A DNA stretch of 64,000 nt from Minisyncoccota bacterium (GTDB taxonomy: Bacteria > Patescibacteriota > Minisyncoccia > Phycocordibacterales > PALSA-1337). Positions within the stretch are counted from its first letter, which is position 1; every line of letters begins with the position of its first letter. The stretch covers positions 14,445 to 78,444 of the forward strand of contig JBAZBL010000004.1 of assembly GCA_041671485.1 (NCBI GenBank). The letters run 5' to 3'. The position numbers and the translations under genes were made by a program. Positions 9,698 through 20,636 of this stretch are shown one piece after another. The notes below the pieces were generated by a model. The model was not told where the DNA came from. It did not search any database and saw nothing but the letters and a program-made list of their open reading frames with translations.

Positions 9698-11683
9698 CTA
9701 AATAATGAAAGCCACGATCAACAATGCAACAATGTTCAATATCTTTATCATCGGATTGATCGCAGGACCAGCAGTGTCTTTGTAAGGATCACCGACAGTG
9801 TCACCAGTAACAGCAGCTTTGTGTGCATCAGAACCCTTGCCTCCGTGTGCACCTCCTTCAATATGCTTCTTGGCATTATCCCAAGCACCACCGCCAGAAG
9901 TCATTGAGATTGCAACAAAAAGACCTGTTACGATAGAACCAACGAGCATCCCGCCAAGTGCTACTGGACCCAATACAAAGCCAACAACTATTGGAGCTAA
10001 AACAGGTATGAGAGCAGGAACAATCATTTCTTTTATAGCAGCAGAAGTTACGATATCTACACATCTAGCATAATCTGGCTTTGCTGTACCCTGCATAATG
10101 CCTTTTATCTCCCTAAATTGGCGACGGACTTCTTCTACGACTTTACCAGCTGCTTTGCCAACTGCTTCCATTGAAAGTGCCGCAAAGTAGTAGGGCAAGA
10201 GACCTCCGATGAATAGTCCAACAATAACTTTTGGATCACTTAGACTAAATGCATAACCACTGCCAACTGCTTCTGTATATGATGCAAAGAGTACTAATGC
10301 CGCTAAACCTGCAGATCCGATGGCATAACCTTTTGTTACAGCTTTGGTCGTATTGCCAACAGCGTCGAGAGGATCTGTAACATCACGAACATTTTGTGGC
10401 AATCCTGCCATCTCCGCTATACCACCAGCATTGTCTGTAATAGGGCCATATGCATCTATTGCTACGACAATTCCTGCCATAGAAAGCATACTCATAGCTG
10501 CAACTGCAATACCGTACAAACCACCAAAGTGGAATGCAGCAAGAATTCCCAAAACTATTGTGATGAGAGGCCATGCAGTAGCTTTCATTGACATTGCAAG
10601 GCCTTGAATAATATTCGTACCATGACCACTCACAGAAGCGAGAGCAATAGACTTTACAGGATGATATCTAGTAGATGTGTAATATTCTGTAATGAATACG
10701 AGTGCTGCTGTAACGACTAAGCCAACAATAGTACAGAAATAAAGGGATAGATAATCATAAACCCCATTTCCATTCATCAATGCCTTTGTAATAGGTTCAA
10801 ATGCAATTGCTGCCAATATACCTGCAACAGCAAGACCTTTGTACATAGCACCCATGATATTTTGAGACTTACCCATACGGACAAACCATGTACCAATGAT
10901 AGATGTGATGATAGCAATACCACCTATAGCAAGGGGATAGATGAGAGCATTAACAAAGCCCGGAAATACTGTGAGTCCTAGAAGCATAGCTGCAATAGTA
11001 GTTATGGCATAAGTTTCAAATAGGTCAGCGGCCATACCTGCACAATCTCCAACATTATCTCCTACATTATCCGCTATAACTCCAGGATTTCTAGGATCAT
11101 CTTCTGGTATTCCTGCTTCAACTTTGCCTACTAGATCAGTACCAACATCAGCTGCTTTTGTGAAAATACCGCCACCGAGACGAGCAAATACAGATATCAA
11201 ACTGGCTCCAAAGCCAAGACCGATGAGAGAAGCAACATCTTTTGTTATGGCATAGAAACCAGCAACTCCTAGAAGAGCCAAGCCGACTACAAGAAGTCCT
11301 GTAACAGAGCCCCCCTTGAAAGCAAGTGATAGTGCAGGTGATAGTCCATCTCTAGCGGCTTCTGCAGTTCTAACATTTGTGCGAACAGATACATTCATGC
11401 CTATAAATCCAGCAAGAGCAGACAATACTGCACCTACGAGGAATCCAGCAGCAATCTCTATACCTAGTGCCCACCACAATATGATAAATAGAATAATTGC
11501 GATAATAGCAATGGTTCGATATTGCCTATTCAAATAAGCTTTTGCTCCATCTTGTATGGCCTTTGCAATTTCTTGCATCTTTGCATTGCCTGCAGGCTTT
11601 TTCATTATTGAGCTTATAAGGAAGGCGCCATAAGCGATGGCTATGACTGAAGATATGAGTGCAAACCAGATGTATGGATTCAT
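9698..11683 (-). CDS. hppA: Membrane-bound ion-translocating pyrophosphatase (K+-independent signature)
   Basis: [52 protein letters not shown]. Confidence 0.95.
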   Translation of the reverse strand: MNPYIWFALISSVIAIAYGAFLISSIMKKPAGNAKMQEIAKAIQDGAKAYLNRQYRTIAIIAIILFIILWWALGIEIAAGFLVGAVLSALAGFIGMNVSVRTNVRTAEAARDGLSPALSLAFKGGSVTGLLVVGLALLGVAGFYAITKDVASLIGLGFGASLISVFARLGGGIFTKAADVGTDLVGKVEAGIPEDDPRNPGVIADNVGDNVGDCAGMAADLFETYAITTIAAMLLGLTVFPGFVNALIYPLAIGGIAIITSIIGTWFVRMGKSQNIMGAMYKGLAVAGILAAIAFEPITKALMNGNGVYDYLSLYFCTIVGLVVTAALVFITEYYTSTRYHPVKSIALASVSGHGTNIIQGLAMSMKATAWPLITIVLGILAAFHFGGLYGIAVAAMSMLSMAGIVVAIDAYGPITDNAGGIAEMAGLPQNVRDVTDPLDAVGNTTKAVTKGYAIGSAGLAALVLFASYTEAVGSGYAFSLSDPKVIVGLFIGGLLPYYFAALSMEAVGKAAGKVVEEVRRQFREIKGIMQGTAKPDYARCVDIVTSAAIKEMIVPALIPVLAPIVVGFVLGPVALGGMLVGSIVTGLFVAISMTSGGGAWDNAKKHIEGGAHGGKGSDAHKAAVTGDTVGDPYKDTAGPAINPMIKILNIVALLIVAFII

Positions 11684-11926
11684 TTTGTTTATTTTAATTT
11701 CACGAGGTCGGACCTTGTATTGATAAATAACGATAATAATGGCGATTTTAGCAGGTATTCTAGGTAGTTGATAGTCTTGACAACAGAGATAATATATTAT
11801 AAGTTAATTATGAATAGTAACCGAACAATTCAACAAAGAAAGTATAGAGTTATGAAGATAGATGAGAAAGACCGGGCTTTACTCACCGCCTTCAAAGAGT
11901 AACAACCTAAACCCTGATTCATCATG

Positions 11927-11958
11927 TCAGCGAACCACCCTCGGTTCGCTGATTTTTT
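11927..11958 (+). terminator. Rho-independent terminator
   Basis: TCAGCGAACC-ACCCTC-GGTTCGCTGA followed by T6. Confidence 0.7.
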
Positions 11959-11984
11959 ATTATCTATATCAAACATTTACAACA

Positions 11985-12278
11985 TCACACCAACTTTACT
12001 TGCTTACCAAAGGCACCAGCAATCTGATAAAGAGTGTTCAGAGAAAAGTTATGACGACCAGTTTCTAAACGGGCGATGACGGACTGTGGCATGCCAACTC
12101 TTGTGGCAAAACTTTTTTGTGTTAACTTTTTTGATCGACGAAGTTCGCGAATTTGACGTATCAGTCTAAGCCTGGCCAATCTAACATCAAAAATATCTCG
12201 ATATTTGTTTGACCTTAGAAGTTTTCCAAAGACTTCGTCAAATGTATTAAATTTTAATATTACTTGATTTTTTTTCAT
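11985..12278 (-). CDS. XRE/HTH_3 antitoxin (HigA-like)
   Basis: LRRSKKLTQKSFATRVGMPQSVIARLETG HTH, downstream of toxin. Confidence 0.85.
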   Translation of the reverse strand: MKKNQVILKFNTFDEVFGKLLRSNKYRDIFDVRLARLRLIRQIRELRRSKKLTQKSFATRVGMPQSVIARLETGRHNFSLNTLYQIAGAFGKQVKLV

Positions 12279-12279
12279 A

Positions 12280-12600
12280 TTAATTATGTGGCCCTAATTG
12301 TTTCATAAGCAAACCATGCAAGTGTTCGGCGATTTTTATTTCTTTTGATGGAGTCTTTGTACTTTTCTTGAAAAATGCATGCAATATATAAAGCGTATTT
12401 CCATACACACAAAATATTATCCTGACTCTCTTGACTATCAACTCTTTTATTGGCCCTCGCAAAGTTTTTATATAAACTGTTTCAAAATCTCTATCACACA
12501 AAGACTCTATATCAACAGCAATCTTGATCTGGTCAGCAGAAGAGAGTTCGTGAACAAATGCAGTAACTCGACTTAACACTTGTAATACAAGTCTGCGCAT
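12280..12600 (-). CDS. RelE/HigB (Gp49-like) toxin
   Basis: LRGPIKEL...RIIF...LHAFFKKSTKTP.KEI motif; toxin-first order. Confidence 0.85.
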   Translation of the reverse strand: MRRLVLQVLSRVTAFVHELSSADQIKIAVDIESLCDRDFETVYIKTLRGPIKELIVKRVRIIFCVYGNTLYILHAFFKKSTKTPSKEIKIAEHLHGLLMKQLGPHN

Positions 12601-12700
12601 GTGATATTACAGATGAAATTGTTAATACCTCGACCTTAACAAAGTATAGCAAAACTGCTATATTATTGTCAATTGGTACAATTGCCCATAATATGAATAC

Positions 12701-14776
12701 ATGCCCTCACTCAACCTCCAACAACAAAAAGCCGTAGATACGCATACTGGTCCTGTGCTCATAATCGCAGGAGCAGGGGCGGGCAAAACGCGTGTAATCA
12801 CTCATAGAATATTGAACCTCATCAAAAGTGGTATTGCGCCTGACAGTATTCTCGCAATAACTTTTACGAATAAAGCTGCCAAGGAAATGAAAGAGAGGGT
12901 TTTCGATCTACTAGAGAATGAAAAGAGTTTGAACTTGCCAATTACAGCAGATTGGCAAAATGAAAAACCATTTGTTAGTACTTTTCATTCGCTCGGCGTA
13001 TACATCATACGAAATCATGCGAAAGAATTTGGACTGAATAGGCATTTTACGATATACGATAGAACAGATTCGAAAAGGGCCGTGAAAGAGGCAATGATGC
13101 AAGCATCTGTTGATCCAAAAAAGTTTGATCCTGGTTTTATATTAAATAAAATTTCATTGACAAAGGGTGATGGACTCGGCCGACTACAATATCTAGATAG
13201 TTCGAAGGGATTTGTAGAAGAGATAGTCGCAGAAGTTTGGGAAAAGTATGATGCTATATTGGCGAAAGACAAAGCATTGGACTTCGATGATCTACTGTCA
13301 AAAACGGCTCAACTAATTGGCAGAAATGAAAGCCTGAAAAAATTCTATGGTAATAAATGGAAGTATATCCATGTAGATGAATATCAAGATACAAATAAAG
13401 TCCAATACAATCTCATCAAATATCTAACCGAAGGACATGTCTTGTCTGGACAAGAAAAAAATATATGTGTGGTAGGTGATATAGATCAAAATATATATAG
13501 TTGGCGAGGTGCAACGATAGAAAATATTTTGAATTTCGAAAAAGATTATCCAGAATCACAGGTGATCACTCTCGAGAAAAATTATCGCTCTACGAAGATC
13601 ATCTTGGCAGCAGCAAATGATGTCATAAAGAAAAATGTAATGCGTAGAGAAAAAACTCTTTATACAGACAATGTTGAGGGAGACAAAATATCTATCCTTG
13701 TTTCTTATACAGAAGACGATGAAGCTCGCTCTATTGCAGATAATGCAAGAAAACTGATAGAGAATGGTGTTGAAGCAAAAGAAATAGCTGTTTTGTATAG
13801 AGCCAATTTCCAGTCCAGAGCATTGGAAGAAGCATTTATCAAAAAAAATGTACCATATCAACTTTTGGGTACAAAATTCTTCGAAAGAAAAGAGGTAAAA
13901 GACGTTCTTGCATACATTCGAGCTGCACTGAATCATGGTAGCTTGTTGCAAGAATCACACTCTTCAAAAGGATTGCACGAAGCGAAGCGAGGGGTGGGTG
14001 ATATTTCAGAAAATGAAAGTTGGGGAGATATAGCTAGAATAATAAATATACCAGCAAGAGGGATAGGGAAGGTAACAGTTGCAAAGATACTAAATGCAAG
14101 ATCTGATCTTGTGACTCTTCCCATGCCAATACAAGATAAAGTCAGAGAGTTTTTCAAATTGCTTGAAGATATTGGTAAAGAAATAATAGAGAAAAAGCCG
14201 TCTGAAGTAGTCAAATTTGTGATCAAAGAGACAGGCATGGAGAGGATGTACAAAAAAGGAGATAGTGAAGATGAAGAGCGTCTTTTGAATATGCAAGAAT
14301 TGGTATCTGTTGCAATGCAATACGATAGTGCAACCGTTGCGGAAGTGCGACCTCCGCAACCTCCGCATTTAGAAGGAATCGAGAAAATGCTAGAAAACGC
14401 AGCGCTTGCAACAGATCAGGACGAAATCAAGGCAGATAAAAATGCAGTTAGACTCATGACTGTACATGCATCGAAAGGGCTAGAATTTGAGCATGTATTC
14501 ATTGCAGGAATGGAACAAAACCTTTTTCCATTCAAGCATATGGATGAAGAGAAAGTGAGCAAGTCCGAGGAAGAAGAAGAGAGACGTTTATTCTATGTTG
14601 CACTTACGAGAGCGAAGAAGAGGATATGTTTGAGCTATGCAATAGTCAGAACTATTTACGGTGCACAGAGAGTGAATACTCCTTCAGAATTTATAGATGA
14701 TATAGATAAGGGACTAATCGAAGAGCAGGTAGTAGAAAAACCAACAGGTGCAAAAGCGATATTTATTGATTTTTGA
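12701..14776 (+). CDS. pcrA: UvrD/PcrA ATP-dependent DNA helicase
   Basis: AGAGAGKT, TFTNKAA, VDEYQD, NYRS, MTVHASKGLEF, EERRLFYVALTRA. Confidence 0.95.
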   Translation: MPSLNLQQQKAVDTHTGPVLIIAGAGAGKTRVITHRILNLIKSGIAPDSILAITFTNKAAKEMKERVFDLLENEKSLNLPITADWQNEKPFVSTFHSLGVYIIRNHAKEFGLNRHFTIYDRTDSKRAVKEAMMQASVDPKKFDPGFILNKISLTKGDGLGRLQYLDSSKGFVEEIVAEVWEKYDAILAKDKALDFDDLLSKTAQLIGRNESLKKFYGNKWKYIHVDEYQDTNKVQYNLIKYLTEGHVLSGQEKNICVVGDIDQNIYSWRGATIENILNFEKDYPESQVITLEKNYRSTKIILAAANDVIKKNVMRREKTLYTDNVEGDKISILVSYTEDDEARSIADNARKLIENGVEAKEIAVLYRANFQSRALEEAFIKKNVPYQLLGTKFFERKEVKDVLAYIRAALNHGSLLQESHSSKGLHEAKRGVGDISENESWGDIARIINIPARGIGKVTVAKILNARSDLVTLPMPIQDKVREFFKLLEDIGKEIIEKKPSEVVKFVIKETGMERMYKKGDSEDEERLLNMQELVSVAMQYDSATVAEVRPPQPPHLEGIEKMLENAALATDQDEIKADKNAVRLMTVHASKGLEFEHVFIAGMEQNLFPFKHMDEEKVSKSEEEEERRLFYVALTRAKKRICLSYAIVRTIYGAQRVNTPSEFIDDIDKGLIEEQVVEKPTGAKAIFIDF

Positions 14777-14783
14777 TTCCTTG

Positions 14784-14891
14784 AAAGCAAGGCGCAATAT
14801 TGTATTTGTATGGAAATTAAAGTGGACGGAAGTACACAAAACACATCTAATAATTTAATTTCCATACAAATACAATATTGCGCCTTGCTTT
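14784..14891. repeat. Perfect 38-bp inverted repeat with 32-bp spacer (MITE-like)
   Basis: AAAGCAAGGCGCAATATTGTATTTGTATGGAAATTAAA at 14784-14821 and its exact reverse complement at 14854-14891. Confidence 0.9.
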
Positions 14892-14923
14892 ACTAGACAT
14901 GAATGACTAATATCAAAGGTAAC

Positions 14924-15742
14924 ATGAAGATCCGGCCAAAAAAATCTCTTGGGCAACATTTCCTCAATTCAAAGCATGTACTTGAACGGATTATTGATAC
15001 TGCAAAAGTCGAAAAGGGTGGGGTTGTATTGGAGATTGGACCTGGTATGGGGGTTTTGACACAAGAATTATTGAAAGCTGGTGCCAAAGTTGTTGCTATT
15101 GAAAAAGATTCTTCAGTAATTCCTTTCTTGGAGAAAAAATTCTCTAAAGAGATTGAGAACGGGCAACTGAAATTGATAGTAGATGATATATTGGAGATCA
15201 ATCTGAATAATATTGGCACTAATCTGCAATCGAAAATCATCAATTCATCATATGCAATCGTTGCAAATATACCTTATTACATAACTGGTGCAATATTGGA
15301 AAAATTCCTAGAATATGAACCCCGTCCAGAGAAAATAGTACTACTGGTACAAAAGGAGGTCGCAGAAAGAATCATAGCAAGAAATGGTAAAGAGAGCATA
15401 TTGTCCATATCTGTAAAAGCCTTTGGTACACCGAGGATGATAGCCAAAGTTCCACGCGGAGCATTCACGCCACCCCCAAATGTAGATTCTGCAATTCTTG
15501 AAATATCAGATATTTCAGATGACAGATTTTCCTCGAAAAGTGTTGAAATAAAGCACTTTTTTGACATTTTGAAAGCTGGCTTCGCTCACAAAAGAAAATT
15601 TCTGATACGAAATTTAGAGACTATTTCTAATAAAGAAAAATTAGACTCTGTTTTTACAACATTAAATATCAATAGAAAAGTTAGGGCCGAGGAGATCAAA
15701 CAAGATCAATGGCTTGATATAACTAAATTAATTTTTGAATAA
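14924..15742 (+). CDS. rsmA: 16S rRNA m6,2A dimethyltransferase (KsgA)
   Basis: KKSLGQHFL, LEIGPG.G.LT, ANIPYYIT, QKEVAERI, PPPNVDSA. Confidence 0.95.
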   Translation: MKIRPKKSLGQHFLNSKHVLERIIDTAKVEKGGVVLEIGPGMGVLTQELLKAGAKVVAIEKDSSVIPFLEKKFSKEIENGQLKLIVDDILEINLNNIGTNLQSKIINSSYAIVANIPYYITGAILEKFLEYEPRPEKIVLLVQKEVAERIIARNGKESILSISVKAFGTPRMIAKVPRGAFTPPPNVDSAILEISDISDDRFSSKSVEIKHFFDILKAGFAHKRKFLIRNLETISNKEKLDSVFTTLNINRKVRAEEIKQDQWLDITKLIFE

Positions 15743-15754
15743 TCAATATGATAT

Positions 15755-16090
15755 CTAGAGACTTGAACCGTGATATAAGATAGGCATACCAGCTCCCTTA
15801 ACTACGGTTCCGAGAGTACAAGGGACAGGAACACTTAGAGCCATTCCCAGCAAATATTGTCTAGGATGAGGAACTACTCTCATAAGATATGGTAATTGGC
15901 CCCAATTCCACATAAATTGTTGTGGGCCTCTAAAAGGCACTTGAACAGTTAGAAGTAATCCATTGTTACACGGTTGAGTCATAGTAACCGCGCCACCAAA
16001 AGGCATTATTGCTGCATTTGAAATAACTGGTAATGAAATAGCTATAATTAAAACTAATATGATCAAAGCTAATATAAATTTATTATTCAT
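15755..16090 (-). CDS. Hypothetical secreted protein
   Basis: ATG at 16090 with upstream -10 TATGAT; signal peptide, PFGG motif, two Cys. Confidence 0.6.
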   Translation of the reverse strand: MNNKFILALIILVLIIAISLPVISNAAIMPFGGAVTMTQPCNNGLLLTVQVPFRGPQQFMWNWGQLPYLMRVVPHPRQYLLGMALSVPVPCTLGTVVKGAGMPILYHGSSL

Positions 16091-16173
16091 AATACAATCA
16101 TAACATATATATCTTTGCACTATCCACAAAAAATAGGGCTTTGTACTCTTTTCTGCGATATAATTATAACAGT

Positions 16174-17025
16174 ATGCATGCATTTTACCCGCGCAAACAG
16201 ACAGTGGTGATTTTTATACTATGCATAGTTGTCGTAGTTCTAGTTACTTGGTATGCAAAGCCAGACTGGAAAATAGGAGAAATAAATTATAAGGGTCAAA
16301 ATGCAATAGAGAGTGGAAAATACGATCCTGTAATTGCTGATGATAATACAAGCTGGAAAGACCAATTTATATCTAGCTCAACAGGAACAATCAACTTCAA
16401 GTCGGCAAGTTCCGATAGTACTGCAAAGAATGAACCACTTACTTTGACAGATCAATTGGGTAGAGACTTCTTCGCGAAATTTATGCTTATGCAACAAGGT
16501 GGTATCGTGAATGACCCTACAAAGATACAAGAAGTCACAAATCAGTTGATATCAGACAGCATTACAAATGCACCATATCCAGAAACAATTTCAATAAATA
16601 AAATAAAGGTAAACAATAATATAATTACTAGTCAGATGCTCAAAAATTATGGAGACATGGTTATCAAGATACTAAACAATAATATGCCAAAACAAAATGA
16701 AGCAGAGATAGCAGATAGAGCATTGAGCGAAGATGATATGGAAATATTAAAAGAGATAGATACAAATATTTCTGGTTATCAATCGGCTCTATCGGCTATG
16801 TTGAATACCCCTGTACCTAAACCACTTTCGGAATACCATCTAGGTCTAGTAAATGGGGTAAATATTCAACTTTTCAATTCAAAGGCACTTCGTCGCCTAG
16901 ATACAGACCCTGTTTTGGCACTGAACGCCATAAACTATGAGATTTTAGGACTGCAGAAAATAAATGATTCTTTGGCATCTATTAAACAATATTTTATAAC
17001 AGCCGGAATACCATTTGGCTGGTAA
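16174..17025 (+). CDS. Hypothetical membrane-anchored protein (T4SS-like cluster)
   Basis: N-terminal TM; first gene of co-oriented cluster. Confidence 0.65.
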   Translation: MHAFYPRKQTVVIFILCIVVVVLVTWYAKPDWKIGEINYKGQNAIESGKYDPVIADDNTSWKDQFISSSTGTINFKSASSDSTAKNEPLTLTDQLGRDFFAKFMLMQQGGIVNDPTKIQEVTNQLISDSITNAPYPETISINKIKVNNNIITSQMLKNYGDMVIKILNNNMPKQNEAEIADRALSEDDMEILKEIDTNISGYQSALSAMLNTPVPKPLSEYHLGLVNGVNIQLFNSKALRRLDTDPVLALNAINYEILGLQKINDSLASIKQYFITAGIPFGW

Positions 17026-17029
17026 TACA

Positions 17030-18733
17030 ATGAATATTTTCAATTTAACAAAAATAAAGATTCCAATAATTATCCTATGTATCGTTGCAATTGTAATTGT
17101 CACTATACCATTTCCAAAAAATGTAAATGCTCAAGAGGGCGCGGCTAGTAGTGCTGCCACAGTACCAATAAATACAGGTCTTGACTACAACACTACAATG
17201 CAAAAATTGAAGAGTTTTACTCTGGACAAGATTGCATCAATGATTGCAAAGAGGATACTTCATCAAATGACAATAAGTATTGTAAACTGGATCAATTCTG
17301 GCTTTGAAGGCAGTCCTGCATTCCTGACCAATCCTGAATCATTCTTCATGGATGTTGGGGATCAGATAACAGGACAATTCATATCTGAAACGGGCGTATT
17401 GTCCAAGCTTTGTACACCATTTGGCCTAGATCTTCGTCTTTCATTGGCTATTGGACAAGCACAGTTGATGGATAAGAGATATGCTTGTACTTTGTCCACT
17501 GTCATAGACAATGCCATGAATGCAAGAGCAAACGTCTCTATCAATAGTAGTCCTGGTGGTGCAACGATAGGGGATATAGTCAATGGAAATATACTCAACA
17601 ATCCAAATCAATTGAGTGTAAATGGGAGAAGTGCCAATAACACTAGAGATTTTATTGAGGGTAATTTCTCGAAGGGTGGTTGGCCAGCATTTATAGCACT
17701 TACTAGTCAGCCACAAAACAATCCTACAGGTGCATGGCTCATGGCACAAAGTGATTTGCAGTCATCAATTGCTAGAAAACAAAATGCTATAAATACAGAT
17801 CTCAATCGTAGTAGTGGATTCTTATCATGGCCAAAATGCGAAACACTTGAGACTCTCTATCCAGGAGATACACCTAATTATTCTTATGCATCTGATCCTA
17901 GATATACATTGAAATCAGGCTCTGACGGAAGTACAATCGTACAAGTCTGTTCTACACAAACTCCGGGTTCAGTAATCTCCGGAACACTCGAAAATCAACT
18001 TGGTAGTGCTGCAAGAGAATTGGAATTGGCAGACAATATAAATGCAATCATTGATGCTCTAGTTTCCCAAATGGTCACAAAAGTCTTGAGTAATGGTCTT
18101 ACATCTGTAAGTAGTAATACTGGTGGACGTGTCTCTGTTACGAGTCAAATACAGGCAAATTCGGTTTCGACTTACAATCAACAGATAATCTACAATCAAT
18201 CTCAAGCATCGGATATGACCTCTAGGGCATTGACTTCACTCCAAGAATACAAAGCTATATATGATAGGGCAATAGCATTGGTAAGAGATAGTCAACAAAG
18301 GTTTCAAACTGCAAGGTCGTGCTTTGTAAATAAGATAAATATACCATCTTCATCATTAACAATTAATGAAATATCATTTGCACAAAGGCAGATGACAAAT
18401 ATAGATGCTATTTTGAATCAAAGATTTCAACCGACCCTATCTCAATTGACGATAAAGAGTGCAGAAGCTGAAACAAAAATAACAAGTATCAGAAACTTAC
18501 CGAGCAATCAGCTTTCTTATACTACATATAATGTTCAGGGGCAAACAGACAATTATTCAAATGCTGTTGATGCGGCAATATCTGTCAATTCAAATGCTGC
18601 AGAAAATATGGTCTCTGCACAAAAAGATTTGGATGCTGTAGATTTGCAGGTAACTGGATGGAATGCAGAGGCGACATCATATCAGAGATCGTGTGATTTG
18701 TTCCCAGAACGTATCAAAGATCCTAGCCATTAA
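17030..18733 (+). CDS. Secreted/membrane protein of T4SS-like cluster
   Basis: Signal peptide ending VNAQ; VNWINSGFEGSPAF and TPGSVI motifs; operonic with VirB6-like gene. Confidence 0.65.
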   Translation: MNIFNLTKIKIPIIILCIVAIVIVTIPFPKNVNAQEGAASSAATVPINTGLDYNTTMQKLKSFTLDKIASMIAKRILHQMTISIVNWINSGFEGSPAFLTNPESFFMDVGDQITGQFISETGVLSKLCTPFGLDLRLSLAIGQAQLMDKRYACTLSTVIDNAMNARANVSINSSPGGATIGDIVNGNILNNPNQLSVNGRSANNTRDFIEGNFSKGGWPAFIALTSQPQNNPTGAWLMAQSDLQSSIARKQNAINTDLNRSSGFLSWPKCETLETLYPGDTPNYSYASDPRYTLKSGSDGSTIVQVCSTQTPGSVISGTLENQLGSAARELELADNINAIIDALVSQMVTKVLSNGLTSVSSNTGGRVSVTSQIQANSVSTYNQQIIYNQSQASDMTSRALTSLQEYKAIYDRAIALVRDSQQRFQTARSCFVNKINIPSSSLTINEISFAQRQMTNIDAILNQRFQPTLSQLTIKSAEAETKITSIRNLPSNQLSYTTYNVQGQTDNYSNAVDAAISVNSNAAENMVSAQKDLDAVDLQVTGWNAEATSYQRSCDLFPERIKDPSH

Positions 18734-18735
18734 AA

Positions 18736-20622
18736 ATGATAAATCATTATTTGAAAAAATTTGTTCCAACCATCTTTATCGCACTTTTTGTGTGGTTGTG
18801 GATGACAGATGTGACATATGCAGCAGGCATATTTGACCTCGATCCTTGGAATTTTGCTTGGGCTTTAATGTCAAACCTAATGCAAGTATTCTTGACTATG
18901 ACTTCATGGTTGGTTGGTCTTACTGGAACACTGATGAATGTATCCATAGGTCTCACAACAAACATAGGTAGTTTCGTGAATGATACTCCTGTGATCTATA
19001 CAGTTTGGGAAATCATAAGAGATCTTGCAAGTATGGTTTTGATATTCTTTATACTTTGGGCTGCTATTCAGATGATCGTTGGTATCAAAACTCCAAATTT
19101 CAATAGTTTGATCTTCAGCATCATAATAATGGGTATCCTAATAAACTTTAGTTTCTTTTTCACTAGAGTACTGATAGATGCATCAAATATAGTATCTCTA
19201 CAATTCTTGAATGCTATTGCCCCCGGAAAAGAATACGTGAGTGGAAGTGGTATATCAGACTGGACATTAAAAGGTTTCAAAGATGGTGGTTTATCTGACA
19301 TATTTATGGGGTCTCTTGCAGTGAATAAATGGTATGACAATGCAAAGATAATAAATACATCAGCGTCTGGCGTCAATACAACTTCCAATCAGGATGCGGC
19401 ACCAATCAGAATAGTACTTGTAACACTTGGTGGAATGATCGTAATGATATTTGCTAGCTTGAGTTTCTTGGGCGCAGCTGCTGCAGCAATATTGCGTTTG
19501 GCAATGCTCATATTCTTGCTTGCCTTTTCTCCTATATGGATAGCTTCAATTGCTATGCCACAACTCAAGGATCTTACAAAAGATTGGTTTTCTCAATTCA
19601 AAGCTCATTTGCTATTCTTGCCTGTTTATTTGATGTTCATGTATGTTGCAATAAGAATACTGACAGAAAGCAAATTGAATATGCTGACAACTACAAATAG
19701 TGCTTTCTTGTCTCAAGATAATTTGAATGGGTATATAACTCTATTCGTCGGCTTTGCTATCGTCATAATAATGCTAAATCTGCCACTTATTGCAGCAGTA
19801 AAAGTCGCTGGAGCAGGATCGGCCATGTCTGAAAAGTGGTTCAAGGGTGTAAAAGGTGCTGTGGGCGGATGGATGGGGAGGAGTACTGTTGGTCGTGTGG
19901 GTTACAGTGCTGGAAAATACATTAACAAAACTTTTCCAGGATTCTCAAACACTTTGGTTGGTCAAAGCTTAGTACAGAATACAGCTGGAAGACTTGCTAA
20001 TGCTAGATTTGGTGGTCAAACATCAGCCACTGCGGCTGCCACCGCAGCAAGAACACGCGCATCTGCAAGAACAACTGCAGCTAGAAATCAAAATAATATT
20101 ACCGATCTCCAAAAAGCAGTTAACACAAACGACTCCGCATTAGCTAGATCGGTACTCAATAGAATGACAAACAGTGAAAAGGCTCAGTTGGACAAAGATA
20201 AATTCCTTAAAAAAGATGTAGTCTTGCAACATCTTGATGAAGGCGCTTTCAAGGCAATAGACGGAAATAGTACCCTAACCGATGCAGACAAAGCAGACAT
20301 CTCCAATACTCGTATGGGACTTCTTAAGAGTTCAGTTTCAAGTGGAAATACGGCAGTAATCGCAAACATGATGAAGAATGCCTCAGGGGCAACTCTTGCA
20401 AAACTCGACGATCCTAGCGACCCCACAAACCACGCAACTGTTAGAGATCAAAGGTTTATAACACATATTAGACAATCCCATCTCAAAGATATGGACCACA
20501 TTGACCCTAGTTTGAGAAAAGCTATCGGTGATGAAATTTATAACAATCCAACTTCTGGACCAACGGGAGGTGCCCACCCAGCATTTGATCATGTAAATAA
20601 AAATCGTGGCATATGGGGTTGA
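18736..20622 (+). CDS. Polytopic membrane protein, VirB6/TrbL-like
   Basis: Multiple TM helices, WEIIRDLA / LINFSFFFTRVLIDASN / LLAFSPI motifs, Gly/Ala-rich C-terminal region. Confidence 0.7.
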   Translation: MINHYLKKFVPTIFIALFVWLWMTDVTYAAGIFDLDPWNFAWALMSNLMQVFLTMTSWLVGLTGTLMNVSIGLTTNIGSFVNDTPVIYTVWEIIRDLASMVLIFFILWAAIQMIVGIKTPNFNSLIFSIIIMGILINFSFFFTRVLIDASNIVSLQFLNAIAPGKEYVSGSGISDWTLKGFKDGGLSDIFMGSLAVNKWYDNAKIINTSASGVNTTSNQDAAPIRIVLVTLGGMIVMIFASLSFLGAAAAAILRLAMLIFLLAFSPIWIASIAMPQLKDLTKDWFSQFKAHLLFLPVYLMFMYVAIRILTESKLNMLTTTNSAFLSQDNLNGYITLFVGFAIVIIMLNLPLIAAVKVAGAGSAMSEKWFKGVKGAVGGWMGRSTVGRVGYSAGKYINKTFPGFSNTLVGQSLVQNTAGRLANARFGGQTSATAAATAARTRASARTTAARNQNNITDLQKAVNTNDSALARSVLNRMTNSEKAQLDKDKFLKKDVVLQHLDEGAFKAIDGNSTLTDADKADISNTRMGLLKSSVSSGNTAVIANMMKNASGATLAKLDDPSDPTNHATVRDQRFITHIRQSHLKDMDHIDPSLRKAIGDEIYNNPTSGPTGGAHPAFDHVNKNRGIWG

Positions 20623-20636
20623 TAAATAATTAAATT

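Noticed and set aside
14784-14891. CRISPR-like repeat/spacer sizes (38/32 bp)
   Set aside because: The repeats are inverted, only two copies exist, and there are no cas genes; no CRISPR array was seen in the window.
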